A model generated the notes under the pieces. The model did not search any database, was not told where the DNA came from, and saw nothing but the letters and a program-made list of their open reading frames with translations. This document shows, in pieces, positions 1-12,881 of a stretch of DNA of 64,000 nucleotides. Source of the DNA: Azolla caroliniana (Eukaryota; Plantae; Polypodiophyta). The stretch lies in NCBI GenBank assembly GCA_043228905.1, contig JBHGNT010000008.1, forward strand, positions 2,232,001 through 2,296,000, written 5' to 3'. Within the stretch, counting starts at the first letter, position 1. Each line of letters opens with the position of its first letter. The translations under genes were made by a program, and so were the position numbers.

Positions 1-1099
1 GTACAAAATATAGGAATTGGATCAAATGTAAGACTCCCTCTACTCCCTTGCTTGATTCTTCTCCTGATGATGAAATCATAATACTTCAAGCAAAAGTTCT
101 TGGTGAAAAATGGCCTGTCCATTTTCTCAAACTGCCAATGTGCTACCTAATTTGTTCTGGTGTCAAACTCTCAATGTGTGTGATGCCTGAAATCTTCTTT
201 TTACTAGATTTCACAATTTCAGGTGTAGATTTGCTAGGTATAGTTAAATATTGACTCCCAGCAGTATTGTTTTTTGGATCCAGCTTTAACAGTTCTGTTT
301 CCAGCTTATCTGCAACGTAATTCAGAGCATTGCACTGAGATAGAAAGTATGCCCACTTTGTTGAATTTCATTGCTTTAACAAGGAGGAAACAAGAGAGGC
401 CATCTTCTTCCGTTGGTTATTTGAGATATAGGAAGCATTATGTCTACCTCAGTGTATTTCCACGGCTACAAATGTCCCTCCTTGCTTCAACAAGGTTGGT
501 TTAAATCTAATCCTACTTAAAGAAGCAAAAACTAATTTCTCTTGAGTCAATATAGATAAGAATAACGTCTACTTCTGTGCATTTCAATAACTGTATCAAC
601 ATCTCTCCTTCCTCACACGAGGTTAAATGAGTCTAATCCAGATTAATGAAGCAAAGAACTCAGCTTTCTTAAGTCGATTTAGGTAAGAATAATGTGCACT
701 TGCTTAGGTATATCAATTTTTCCCCTTTCTTCCACATGGTCCTGATTAAGATACAGGTGAAGAACTGAAGAGTGAAGCAGTCTGGAGCTTTACTTAATGA
801 TATATCTTCATCTTTCGGTTCATTCAATTGAGCTCCATCAGAGGTTATACGAATGACATGAGGTATTTTAGGGACATGAAGAAACCAGAGACAAGTTTTC
901 GAGTCTTACCGGCAAAACGAGGCCTAGAACCTTCTGGAGGGAATCGAGGAAGGAGCGAGAACTGAAGTATTAGGGAGCAGCGAGAAGTACGGCGTGAGGG
1001 AAAGGAGCAATGGCGGGGATGGATTGCACCCGGGGGAAAGAGAGCAGCGGTTTCCTTAGAGCATGGAAGGGCGAAGAGGGTCTTCCCCTCCCATCCCAT
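1..1099 (-). pseudogene. Decayed p300/CBP-family (plant HAC1-like) histone acetyltransferase; continues beyond the window start
   Basis: Minus-strand translation of ~260..1 gives KSSKKKISGITHIESLTPEQIR*HIGSLRKWTGH...*...SGEESSK then a frameshift into GSLTFDPIPIFCT. This matches the HAC segment KIKGVSLTELFTPEQVREHI..LRQWVG...[22 protein letters not shown]. Stops at 143-145 and 86-88. Possible first exon 1099-910 with a GTAAG donor at 909; the 5' extent is uncertain. Confidence 0.65.
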
Positions 1100-1118
1100 C
1101 TCTCAAATTGGTGCAGTT

Positions 1119-1231
1119 GCAGAGAGACAGAGACAGAGACAGAGAGGGCTCCATAGCTAGAAGAAGAAGAAGAAGAGCTTCTCTTCTTCTTCTTCTTCTT
1201 CTTCTTCTTCTTCTTCTTCTTTTTCTTCTTC
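1119..1231. repeat. (GA/GACAGA)n and (AGA)n/(CTT)n microsatellites just upstream of the HAC-like locus
   Basis: Directly visible runs; an AAG run followed by a TTC run forms an imperfect fold-back. Confidence 0.9.
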
Positions 1232-2619
1232 TACATGAAATGCTCTGTTTTTTTTTGTGTGTGTTTAGCAATATGTATGTAGTTAAGAAGTAGACCACAA
1301 AATGGACACCCAAGGCCATACATACATAGGCCAAATGGTATGTACTAGTTCCAAGACTTTCTTTTCTTTCTTTTTCTTTCTTTTTTCCAAAAATGTAAGA
1401 CTTTCTTGTGTCGATGGGCTCGTGGTCGCGTCGTGTAGTCGTATTGGACCCCGCATGTGTACATACATTGATCTTACGTGTACATTGATTGATCGATCGA
1501 TCCCCTTGCTTCTCTTCCAGAACGAGACACGAATCACAGTCGGGCGGCGCTCTCCTCTCCTCGTGAGCTCTGCAATCGTTTCCAACAAATTCTGGAGCTT
1601 ATGCTTCATTGCTTCCTTTTCGTTTTCGCGGCAGATGATGCCCTCACGTTCACACGCACCTCCCACATGTCGAAGTTTACGCTAATTGTGTTTAAGATGA
1701 TTTGCGGGTCATTGAATTGGCATCCTCAAAGAAACAAGTTAACATTTGATGTAGTAATAGGAGGAGGAGGTAGAGCCACGATGAAGACTTCCACGTTGGG
1801 TTTTTTGGGAGTCATGTGTTAACATTGTAAGTGAAATAATATGTCTTTCATTGTTGCATCTTATGATGGCAAACCATAACATTCACACAATTTGTGGGAT
1901 TGATATAAGTTTCCTAATCATAAGTTTTGGGTTTTCGCAATGCTTCTTTCACAATGAAGTCTAAATGTAAGCCTTATGCCACATCATAAAATTCCATATA
2001 TGTTTTGGCAAGCTTCAAGTGCGTCTTTTTAACTTAGCCATGACTTGATGACGTCAATGGTGCTCAATTTGCACTTTTTTACTTAGCAAGACTTGAAGGT
2101 AATGAATAATGCTTTATTTGCAATTTTTTAGCTTAGCCACACATGATGTTAATGATGCTCATTTTCCACGTTAAGGCTATCCAACGAGTCTATTGACCGG
2201 TCTTTGCTAAGCTATTAATATCATTATGCATTATGATGTACATATATCATTATTTCTCAATGTGCACATGTATATGGCGATGGAACATTTGTTGATTTAA
2301 AGAATGCATATTGTTACTTTTTCTAATTGTTAATCAATTCCATGAAGTCTAGTAAGTTGGTTGATATTCAATTCCTCTAAAACCTTAATGTTAGTTATGG
2401 AAGGTCAACTATTTTGAAACAAAGGCTTTTCCCTTAATATGTTATCAATTTCACATGCATGTAATTCTCCCATTGCATCTCAAGTTTTCTATCCACATAT
2501 AATTCATTGAACAAAAGTAGTTGATCACGCATTGAAGGAAAAAAAGTGATTGTTCATATGAAACAATACTTCTTCTCTATGCTAATTAACTAAAAGGTGC
2601 AACATTTTGTGACATTTAG

Positions 2620-2897
2620 TAGGAGTTGGCAACGACTTGGCTCACACCTAAACCAAGCCGTTAAAACAATTAAAAACGATTTGGTAGTTCATTTCGGTTC
2701 AAGCTCAAGGTTCCCAAACCGGTTTGGTAAGGTTCAAGCCGAACCAAACCGTTTTGGGCCAAACGGGTTAAGGTTGAGCCAATTTAGGAGCCAGTTCGAC
2801 TCAAATTTGAAAACTTGCAAATCAGTTAAGGCTTAACCGGTTTGGTTTGGACAAGGCCAAACCAGTCAAGCCAAAATTGAACTGTTGCCGATTCCTA
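2620..2897. mobile_element. Non-autonomous hAT-type MITE (278 bp)
   Basis: Left terminus TAGGAGTTGGCAAC; right terminus reads TAGGAATCGGCAAC in reverse complement. Perfect 8-bp TSD ACATTTAG at 2612-2619 and 2898-2905. Interior rich in AACCG/CGGTT motifs. Confidence 0.85.
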
Positions 2898-5419
2898 ACA
2901 TTTAGCTTTCTATCACCCCATAGGAGCATGGTACTTAATGCAATGTGAAGGATATCGACATGCAAAAGTTACTTCAATCAACATCTATGATGACAAGATA
3001 GAAGTATTGATGGATGTCACTGTACTACTACCAAAGTTTCCTTTATTTCACGCATAAGGTAATTTTTTTTCAATGACTTGTTTAAGACTTGTATTCCATA
3101 TGTTTTCCTGAAAATTAATTTATGTGGCAAGTCTTCATATTGTTTTACTTAGAGAGGACCATCTTCATTATCACAAAGCACATGGGACATACTCTTTTCA
3201 TATGTATTGGTGATTGAATTCAAAATATGTCCAATTTCTTTTCCACTTCATGTTTTGTATCCTCTCCAACGTTCCATGTGGCAAAATAAGATTTTATTTA
3301 TATATTGATTTTAAAGTGTTGAACATGTACACTATCCAATCCATGCGTCTACTTACATTTGCATTTGTGAAAAAATTCAAATTTCAAGACTAAAATTTAC
3401 AAGAAATTGGATATAGTCATTAAACAATGTTGGGAACTAACATGATTGCTGAAATGCTAGTTGAGTATAGGATTCAATACCCTAAATGAATCTAGGATTG
3501 CTTAGAATATGATTAGTTTTACACTAATATACATAGATTGTATTGTACATTTATTATTTGAAATAAAAGTTACTTGACACATTGTGCTTGGGGAATGTAA
3601 AACTCTAATGCATTAACTAGATTTCTGTTTTGAATGGATTTCATAAACCATGCTCGAGAAACACTTGAAAAGATATTTCAAATACGAATTCATATGGAAA
3701 AAGGTTTGTCCAATATGTTAAAAAGTCATTCAGTTGTAGAGATTCCATGTTCGAGATGTGCCAATTATCAGCATTTAGATTGCTAACTTTTAATCTTGAC
3801 GATTAGTGCAGAAAATGAGGAGGCTCATATTTTGTAGCAAATACAATCATCTTATATGTTGTAGGAGATTCTATCATCTGTTTGTTTATTAGGAGACTTT
3901 ATTGCTATCACCACTGAGGAACCGAGGGATGGAGGAGACAACGAATTATTAGTATACCACCATTGAGGGACTGGGGAGGCAACAATCCCTTAACAGCTTC
4001 ACAAGGGCCTTGCATAGAAAACTTATTGACGCATTAAGACCATTGGTGAAGTCCAATTAGTGGCTATAATAAACAGCGGTAAATTTGAAATGCTAATAAA
4101 CTCCTCATCACAGATCTCCATGTCAACAATTATAAGGTCTCAAGATTGGCCCCAATGTTTTTACATTGACGGCAGCTCAAGTTGTAATTTAATGTTTGCA
4201 TTCATGTACCATTTTAATGCATGGCTATGTATAGGATAACACTACCGAAATGTGATGATAAATAAAGAAGAGTTGTTAAAGAAACCACATAAAGATGTTG
4301 TAAGGCAAAAAAGAGTTGCTAAAGGCATGCCATACAGATGTTTTTAAGGCACCACATGCAAAGAAAAGGAGAGAAATCATTCACCTCCATGTATAATAAT
4401 CATTATTGCATCCAACCAAAAATCCATATTAGAAACTTGCCCATTCTTATTGTTTAGCAAGTGAATGCATATTCACGATTAGGCACTATCCTCACAATGC
4501 TCAAACATATAAAACACTATTATTAAGGATAAATACTAGAGAACATGCTAGAGCTCTCCCTTGAGCAGGCACAAGTTTTAGACCTCTTCAATAACCACAA
4601 ATAAAGGTGACAATGGCCTATCTATGCATGAAGAAGTTTAGGTTATGGAGTGTGACAAGGAAATGAGTTGAGTATTAGGTCGTTAAACAAAGATTTAGAC
4701 TATATAAGCATAAGTAAATAGTACGCGACAATTGAAAATTGAAATATGTTACTTCAGATAGAAATCTTGATTATACTAGAAAATGCAGCATAGGACGTGA
4801 TTTGAAGCTTTATGTTGATCGTGTATTTTCCTATCATCACGGATGTTGGATACTATTAATAAGAGTTCCAGACATTGATGTACCAATTCTTCATATTCGA
4901 TGGTAAAAGTCTAAAGTACTTCCCAATGTTCACTAACTCCAAAAGTTCAGTCCATTTCGTATTTTACCGTATATCTAGCTTCAACTAGCAGTCAACTAGG
5001 CAGAGTCCTACAAAACTCTTCTATTATTGCTGTCCCCACAAGAATAGACAGATAATTCTCTTTGTGTAGCACAAACTTTGGCAAGTTCTCTTTAATCTAA
5101 TTATTTCCTATGAAAATTCGAAATAAGGATTAGTTTTAATTCTGGTTATTCACTAGCTTTGCCTCAGAAACTACCAAGAAAGGGAAAACAATATGTATAA
5201 GCCTCACAGCCATAGAAATGTCAAAGGTAGTTCAAAGGAAGGCAAATCAGTCTATGATCCATCATTATGTAAATCTCAGGTTTTCCACACAAGAAATCAT
5301 CATCAGAATGGTCATCCATATACACATATGTTATATAGGGTTAATAACAGATACCGTGAGAATTCGTCGGACACGATGGCCATTGCCAAATTCCACCTCA
5401 AACTTTTCCAAACCCTTCC

Positions 5420-7872
5420 TTATCTTGCATTGTTGTGAATTTTAAACCCAAAAATCCTGGGTACATAGGTTGATGTAGACTTCACTGGCTTCATGTGTGG
5501 GTATGTCATAAAAAAGAGATGTGGAAAAGTTGTCCCAAAATATGCACCATCAATCTCTACACTTTTGTCAAGTTAAACAAAGCAGTAGACAATGAACAGG
5601 TAATCAATTACTAATTAAGTAATCAACCAAACACGCATTAGCAAATCTAAATGTAGACAATTCAAGGATACTCCCTTGGAATTTTGATAGAGGATAATAT
5701 ACATCCTCACACTTTGGACAGTAAATCTTCACGGTGCTTGTATGAGGATTGTCAGATTGGCCTACAGGTAAGCAAGGTTGGCCAGAACAATGAAATTTCG
5801 GGCATCTACCAAATGCAACATTTTTGTACTTCTCCAACTGATGGGCTCCAAAATAAAATATTAAGAAATCTCCACTGAATACTTGAGAAATATAAAGTCG
5901 TAATATAAATAGCTTATCTTACCATTGCATTCATTCCTTTGGTAGCAAGTATGTATCGGACATGTATTAAACCATACAGCATTTCAGCTGCGGAGTCCAG
6001 CTTTGCCTTCTGTTCATCAGTATGTGCATCAACTGCTAATACAATGTTCTAACTCCAATCATTATATCTAAGCATGAGAGAAAAATGTCATCCATTTCTA
6101 GCATTAATTAGCTATGCATTGATTGCTTCTACTTTTGCAGGATCAATTTACATCCCTTAGTTTCAAAATAACCAATTTACTTAGACGAAAATCAATCTAA
6201 TTGAGCAATGAAATTTAAAAGGGAAAACCCCAAAATACACCTATGTTTTGTGTCATTTCCTGAAATGCCCCCGATTTTTCGTTATCTTTCCTAACACCTT
6301 CGGTCAACTCCCGAAATAAAGAAACAGAGGGTGAATTAATCAGATAATTGCTAAAATAGCACACGTAATTGAGACAAATGAGAGAATTGACAATGAAATA
6401 GAACATATATCATTTCTCTTTGGAGGATTGACTAAAGGCTTTGGAGAGATAATGAAAAGTCAACGACATCAGGCCTCAGAAAATAGCTAAAAACTTGGGT
6501 ATTTCAGACTTTTTCCCAATTTGAAATGGTTGTGTATCAATATAAAACAGCCACATACTGCCGTGATAAAGAAATTGGACACACCAAAGAATAATTCAGA
6601 ACCAGAATATTGATATATATTTACAAAAGTTCACTATCCTCTAATTCAAAATCAGATTACCTATATACATTCTTAAAAGTTCAACTCACCAGTGGGAGAC
6701 TCTGCATCAAGGATGAGGTTCAACGCATGCTCATAATACGGCACTTGGCTGCTTAATCCACTCAGATTGAAGTCGTCTTGAATGTAATCATCATCAACCT
6801 CACAAAAGAATTCATTTCCTTTTACACCACAAAACCACTGTATCCAAGATATTTCATCTTCAGAGCCACTTACACCTTCACTATCTGTATCAGAGTCTTC
6901 TCCTGCACAGACACAAGCATACGTACATTATTGTTATTTTAAATGAAGGTCACAGCAATTCTCCAACCATGATGGAAGAAAACGCATTACCCACCACGAG
7001 GCAATTTTGTACACATCTGTGACCATACCAAGGTTCAAGGGCGGAAAAGCTTGTACAGTGAACAAGAACAGATGTCTCTGAAACAGATCAGGAGATACCA
7101 ACATTGAATACTCTAAATAGAAGTTTTCTTAGATTTTGAACTCCCCGTTGTTCCGGTTTTGCATAAAGCCCAATTAAATTAGCTATAACTAGTTATTACA
7201 TGTAGGCCCATGGTGACAAATTTGCACAAATCTAATATCTTCATTATCTAGAATATTCTAGTAATAATATATGACAAAAGTCAAACTCAATTGTATGTAT
7301 TGTCCATTCTAACCATAAGAAGTTACCGCCCTTAGACAGTGGAAGCAATGTGGAAGATACTGGAAAAAAACAGAGAGAAAATCGGGATGGCTGAAGGTTT
7401 CTATGATGCCACTAAATTTGATAACCTAATGCATCATATTCCCATCACGGGAGAGTGTGTTCATAATGTTAACTTTGACACTCAGAAACAAAAATCCACA
7501 CTTTTGGGCATTATCAGTTTGAAGTTAATCAGCTGGTGTCTGTGAATGTATGCTCTGATATTCTCTCAAATAAATTCTGAAATTGGTATTCAAATTGAAA
7601 ACAAACTACCATGTAACCATAACTTAAAGTTGTGAACCATGAAATCATTTGAAAAACTAGAAATTTCATCAGGACTAACCATCATCAAGATATATATCTT
7701 TATCATATCCACCAGGCTTCGCATCACCAGTTGATGTGGATGCCATGGACATTTTATCTTTTTCTCTAAATATCCTTTTGAAAGTTGTTGGAAAATTACT
7801 CTCTAAAGGATCTTCGATCCACTTCATAGATTCCTGACTTCCGCCTAGGCTTTCCAACCTACTTTCAGACAT
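5420..7872 (-). CDS. CKB: Casein kinase II regulatory subunit beta, 5 coding exons, 272 aa
   Basis: Exons 7872-7680, 6902-6690, 6032-5923, 5837-5672, 5556-5420; all introns GT-AG; total 819 nt in frame. Motifs [38 protein letters not shown], zinc finger [34 protein letters not shown]. Probable 5'UTR exon near 9119-9330 (donor GTACG at 9118). Confidence 0.95.
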
Positions 7873-8739
7873 TCTTCAATCTACTGCTCAGCCAATAACT
7901 GTGGAATGAAACCTCCCTTTCCTTTTGCAATGTATTCTGCTGAACCTTTCTCTCACCTTCATGAGAGAGAACGAGAATATCAATGCTGTACAAGAACCAA
8001 ACCAAACCAATCACCGAAACCACACTTCCACACCAACTTAAAAGTGTATAATATGCAAAAAGGATAGAAATGTTTCTTTTGATGGCACATACAAGCATGC
8101 AAGACTATACAAATAGAGAAATATGAACGCAAAGCATTCCACTCTTTTCACATCTGGGATTTCCATGGCTTGTCACCCATATTTCAAAGGAAAATGTTAC
8201 GAGTGAGAAAAAAGCCAAAACGTTTCATTCTACGGTACATTCAATCTTAAGACCTTAAAAGTTAAGTTACAAATATAGAGTGAAATGCTCCACTGTTTTC
8301 TTCGATACAACCTCAGATAATTCCCATTTTTTCTCATCTGCGATTCACAGGAGCTTGAATTTTAATATTCCTCAAGTGTAAGGTCTATGCTTCTCTACTG
8401 ATGCGTATTTATTTACTTGAAGGTCCATCTTCATCTACATAAAGCCCTGATTTCTCTAATGAAAGTTGGTAAATTTCCTACTCTTCATACAGGTCTGTAT
8501 AGCTCTACTGAAAAAGCTTGTATTTCCCCAGATAAAAGGTCTGTATTTTCTTTACTTAGACAAGATACGGAAACTTGCAGGCTAGAAAATAAATGGATTG
8601 TTTTTTACAGATTCTATTTCTCTGCCTCACTGCATGGATTTCTCTCTATTTAAAATTCTGTATTTCTCTTCTGAAGAGGAGACATGAAAACTCTCAGAAG
8701 AGAAAAACGAAGTAAATTTCTGTGTTAAGCGCTTGTATA

Positions 8740-9041
8740 ATCCTCTACTGAAATTTCTGTATATTCCTCCACTGAAGGTCTACATATACCTATTGAAGGA
8801 GAATGTGTATTTCTCGAACGGAAAGGCCTGCATATAGCCCTACTGAAGGAGAATCTGTGTTTCTCGAAAGGAAATGGCCTCTATATAGCTCTACAGAAGG
8901 AGAATATGTAATTCTCGACAGGAAAGGTCTGCATATACCACTACTGGAGGAGAATCTGTATGTCTCAACAGGAAAAGGTCGGCACATACCTTAACTGAAG
9001 GAGAATCTGTATTTCTCGACAGAGAAGGTCTGTAATCCTCG
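8740..9041. repeat. Degenerate ~50-bp tandem minisatellite in the putative 5'UTR intron of CK2-beta
   Basis: CTACTGAAGGAGAATCTGT..TTCTCGA core recurs at about 8790, 8840, 8891, 8941 and 8991, and decays leftwards. Confidence 0.85.
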
Positions 9042-9307
9042 ACAAAAAAGAAGAAGAAGAAGAAGAAGAAGGCATGTCTGGTCTCTGCATAAGACAAGAT
9101 ATGGAACTAGCTGCGTACCTGGAGAGGGGGGGGGGGGGGCGGAGGATTTGTTTCTCAGAAAGAGATGCGCGCCTCCTTCAGAAGCTTCATGCGTTCCAGT
9201 ACTGCTGTTCAGGATCTCTGAGGAGAAAGGAAGAAAGAAAAGGATGGAAGGATGGATGAAGCTAACGCAGGCACCTTCATCACGCCACCATTGAGAGAAG
9301 ATGAATG

Positions 9308-9325
9308 AGACACAGACAGACAGAC

Positions 9326-9367
<42 letters not shown>

Positions 9368-9510
9368 ACACACACACACACACACACACACGAAGATGGA
9401 CCTTGACCTTGACCTTGACCTTGACCATGCCCATGGGCATGGGTATGGCCAAGACTATGACCATGACCATGACCATGGCTATGGGCATGGGCATGGGCAT
9501 GGGCATGTCC
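9308..9510. repeat. Compound microsatellite (GA)n(CA)n(CCTTGA)n(CATGAC)n(CATGGG)n at the CK2-beta 5' end
   Basis: Directly visible. Further (GA)n runs at 9618-9648 and 9930-9978. The segment ~9500-9570 is duplicated at ~10005-10075. Confidence 0.9.
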
Positions 9511-9614
9511 TTCTTGTTAGGCCAAAAACACAAACCCATAGAACACATGGTGTAATTCAACATGCCACAATGACTGCTCTTAGGTCAAGCAAAGAACATA
9601 TAAATGAGAGTGGC

Positions 9615-9652
<38 letters not shown>

Positions 9653-9925
9653 ATTATCGTCTTCGGAGGTCAAATATGTCCTATGAGACCAAAAATATTG
9701 CATTTCACGTGATATATGTGAACATGAGCAGTCACTCTCGATTGTTCAAGAACTCTACCAATGAATGTTGCAATCGAGAGTGCACATTGTGGTTGTGAGA
9801 GGAATTCATGCAAGGATTGGGCTTCGGTCGAAGCGATGTAGAAAAAATGGTCGAATATGATCAAAGGCAGAGCATTGTGTCAAAGTGTGATACTTAGACT
9901 CGCGAACTTGTTTAGGGCAAAGTGT

Positions 9926-9981
<56 letters not shown>

Positions 9982-12426
9982 GGATTGACTATACCATGAC
10001 CATGTCCATGTCCTTCTTGTTAGGCCAAAAACACCAACCCATATGACTCATAAGTAGTGTAACTCAACAAGCCGCCTACTCCTCTTGGGTTGCCTCCTGT
10101 GCTCGAGCAGGGAGCAATGTTCCTGTGTTCCTCGATGGCGAGAGAAGGGGTGAGAGTGAGTATGTGCAACTCACAGAAAGTCTACTAAGGTTTGCACAGT
10201 CTGTTATTTGACTCTATGTCGAAACATTGGCAAATGGTCTTGAAACATTCACATTGTGGCGTGAAGGATGCTCCTCGTCCTTTGATCTCTTTGACTCGGG
10301 TAGAATGTGCATATGTTATTTGCTCTATCAAGTGCTCTCTGGGCTCAATTCTTAAAATCATGTTCATTACGACGAATCTGAGTTTGGAGGAGAGGGAATT
10401 TCATGGGGATGATAAAGATGGGGTTGGGTGTGTCCCTCCCTAAACCCTAAAAATCTTGGATTCATGTAAGTGTAATAATATCACCATTTGTTATATTCTC
10501 ACCGCTCAGCATCTTCATTCCATTTGTCTATGTTTTGACTTAATGTTTGTCATGAGCATATTAAAAGCGAGTAGCTCAACTAGTGTTTTTGCGTTCCTTC
10601 CTTTTCTTAAACCATTTGTCTTGTCATGTATTTTGCTTTCATTGGTATCCTATGTTGTCTTGCTATCATCCCAAACTTGGACTGACAAGCATTTTGCATC
10701 CAAGTTATTTATTGTGGCCACAATCGTGTGCACCCTCATCAAACTCAGCAATGTAATGGGTTACACCCATGTTTCGAGCAATATTACTTAACCCCAAAGT
10801 GCTACCTTAGAAATATTTTTTTGTACCTTACTCAATATCCTCCCTAGGCCTCCATCCTAAATAGCAAGATTTGGATAACCAATGTTTTGAAATGATTGAT
10901 CCCTGTCTATGAAATTGCATTTTATTCATGAGTCCATAGCCTCTCCAATCGGGCACGCATTGTTATATCCATGTGACTTGAATGTGATCGACAAGGACAT
11001 CAATGTGTATGCGCTTGAAAGAGCTTGCGTGATCAATAGTTACATATTTGTGAATGAGGCATTGTTTTGCCCTATGTTCATGGATGGTATATTTACATTA
11101 CTAAAGTAGGGAGCCACAATATCCACATAGTCAAACTATACAACTTGCCATTCACCCATGCCTTATTTACAAAAGTGCAATTATTGGACATGTGAGTTCT
11201 TTCAAATACTTCAGAATCATTGTCCTCACGAACAAATATGTGTGATACTCTAACTAATCCTCAACAATATAATGTGTGTAAGAGCACTTACACGCTATGA
11301 AACGAACATCATATCCTCTCTACATAAAAAAGTAGTGCAAACCAAATGTTCACCTAAAGTCTATCCCCAAAATTGTTATTACTTCATGAAAATTGCATGA
11401 TAAATGTTCACCTAAAGTCTATCCCCAAATAGAGTGGATTAATGAGGTAATATGATATGTATTCAAAACATTTCTAAAATCCAAAAGGCAACAATAGGGA
11501 ATCTCTCCCAAATGGTTTCTTATGGAGTGTTTGATCTGAAAACAACTTGTCCAATGGCTTTATCTACCATGGTAAATATATTTTGCATGATTGTATCGTG
11601 CATTTATGCAAACATAGAACCCACATGACAATACAATAACGAAGGCCAATTCTTGTTTCATTCTTGCAAATAGGTTTAATCCAAATTTCTTTCCACTATC
11701 AGTGGAATTGTTCCCACGTAAACAATATGCATTTTACATTCTCAACAGAAGACCTAGCCCATTTCATAAGTTTCGGTTGAGAAAGAGAGACCCTACGAGA
11801 GGGAGTAAGAGCCTTCCCATTGGGAAACAATCTTCTACTATGCACACATTGCACATAGTGCTACAAGTGTAGGGTATCCTACTAAAGTACTAAAGAGGAA
11901 TAATCTAGTAATTTCATAAAACACATTAATACTGTGATAGATACAAATACGTTACAAGCATTTCAAGTATTTTTTTCCTTAGCCCAAGAGAATAATTATA
12001 TCACTCCTTCAAATCCAATTGAAAATATATATAAGACCATAATTTCCAACTTCTCCCTTGCATTTTGTGGAATTTTGTGATTACAAAGCATTCCCACATA
12101 AAAGGCCATCAATTTTCTTCTTATATGGAAAGAAGACAATTAATAATCTTAGGTAAGGCAATTAAACAACTTAGATGAGGTGTGATTTAGAAAACTTATC
12201 TTCAATGAAGAACCAAAGCTTGGATCACAAAGTCAACAAGTTTCAATGACAAACCAATAAGAAAACAATATTGTCACATTAAACCAACTAATAGTATAAA
12301 TGTTCACAAAAGCCCGAGTGGCTTGGTGGAAGAAAGTTTTACCTCCATTTGGTTGAGTATGTGACGCAATATAAATGATTTGTTCAAAATGTATAATGTC
12401 AAAAGTCTTATCTTTTTCACATTTCT

Positions 12427-12881
12427 TGTTGAGCGAGCAAGCTCAATGTGGGCCGGATCGGCTGAACAAGGCGAGAGCCGTATTGAATGAAGATCGATCG
12501 GCTAGGCCCAGATTGGTTCGGTGAGCTGAATCAGATAAGAGAGCTGGATCGGAGAACCGGATAAGCGTGATTTGGTAGGCCGTTAGAGGCCTACGATCCT
12601 AGATTACTAGGAAGTTATATTCCTAAGAGTTAGTGCCAATAGCTCAATTATGAACATTGAAGTACTTGTCAGTCCTTTGTGGAGTATAAAAAGTGCTCTG
12701 AGCACATTTGACTGTACAGAGTGTTATTTTGAAATCGAGTTTTCTGTGTTCTGCTCTCTCTCTTTGTCTCTTCTGAGTATTCTGTATCCTCTATTTGTTC
12801 TCCATTGATTCTCTGTGTTGTCTTTTGCTATCCAATTGAGCCGATTCTATCTGTTCTAGCTTCCGCACGCAAATCTTCACA
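12427..12881 (+). repeat. 5' LTR of the copia element (455 bp)
   Basis: TGTTGAGCGAGCAAGCTCAA...AATCTTCACA with TATAAAA near 12686; homologous to 18110-18521 with indels. Confidence 0.95.

Noticed and set aside
1056-1685. Poly-Arg and poly-Leu ORFs
   Set aside because: Derived from (AAG)n/(CTT)n repeats and T-runs.
8991-9686. His/Asp/Gly-rich and Met-rich ORFs resembling metal-binding peptides
   Set aside because: Translations of di- and hexanucleotide microsatellites at the CK2-beta promoter, with no other coding signal.
10450-12420. Possible decayed Cys-rich DNA-transposon coding sequence (similar impressions at 25700-26150 and 30100-30700, the latter with an MCKH SWIM-like motif)
   Set aside because: Too degraded to assign by eye; needs a TBLASTX or profile search.
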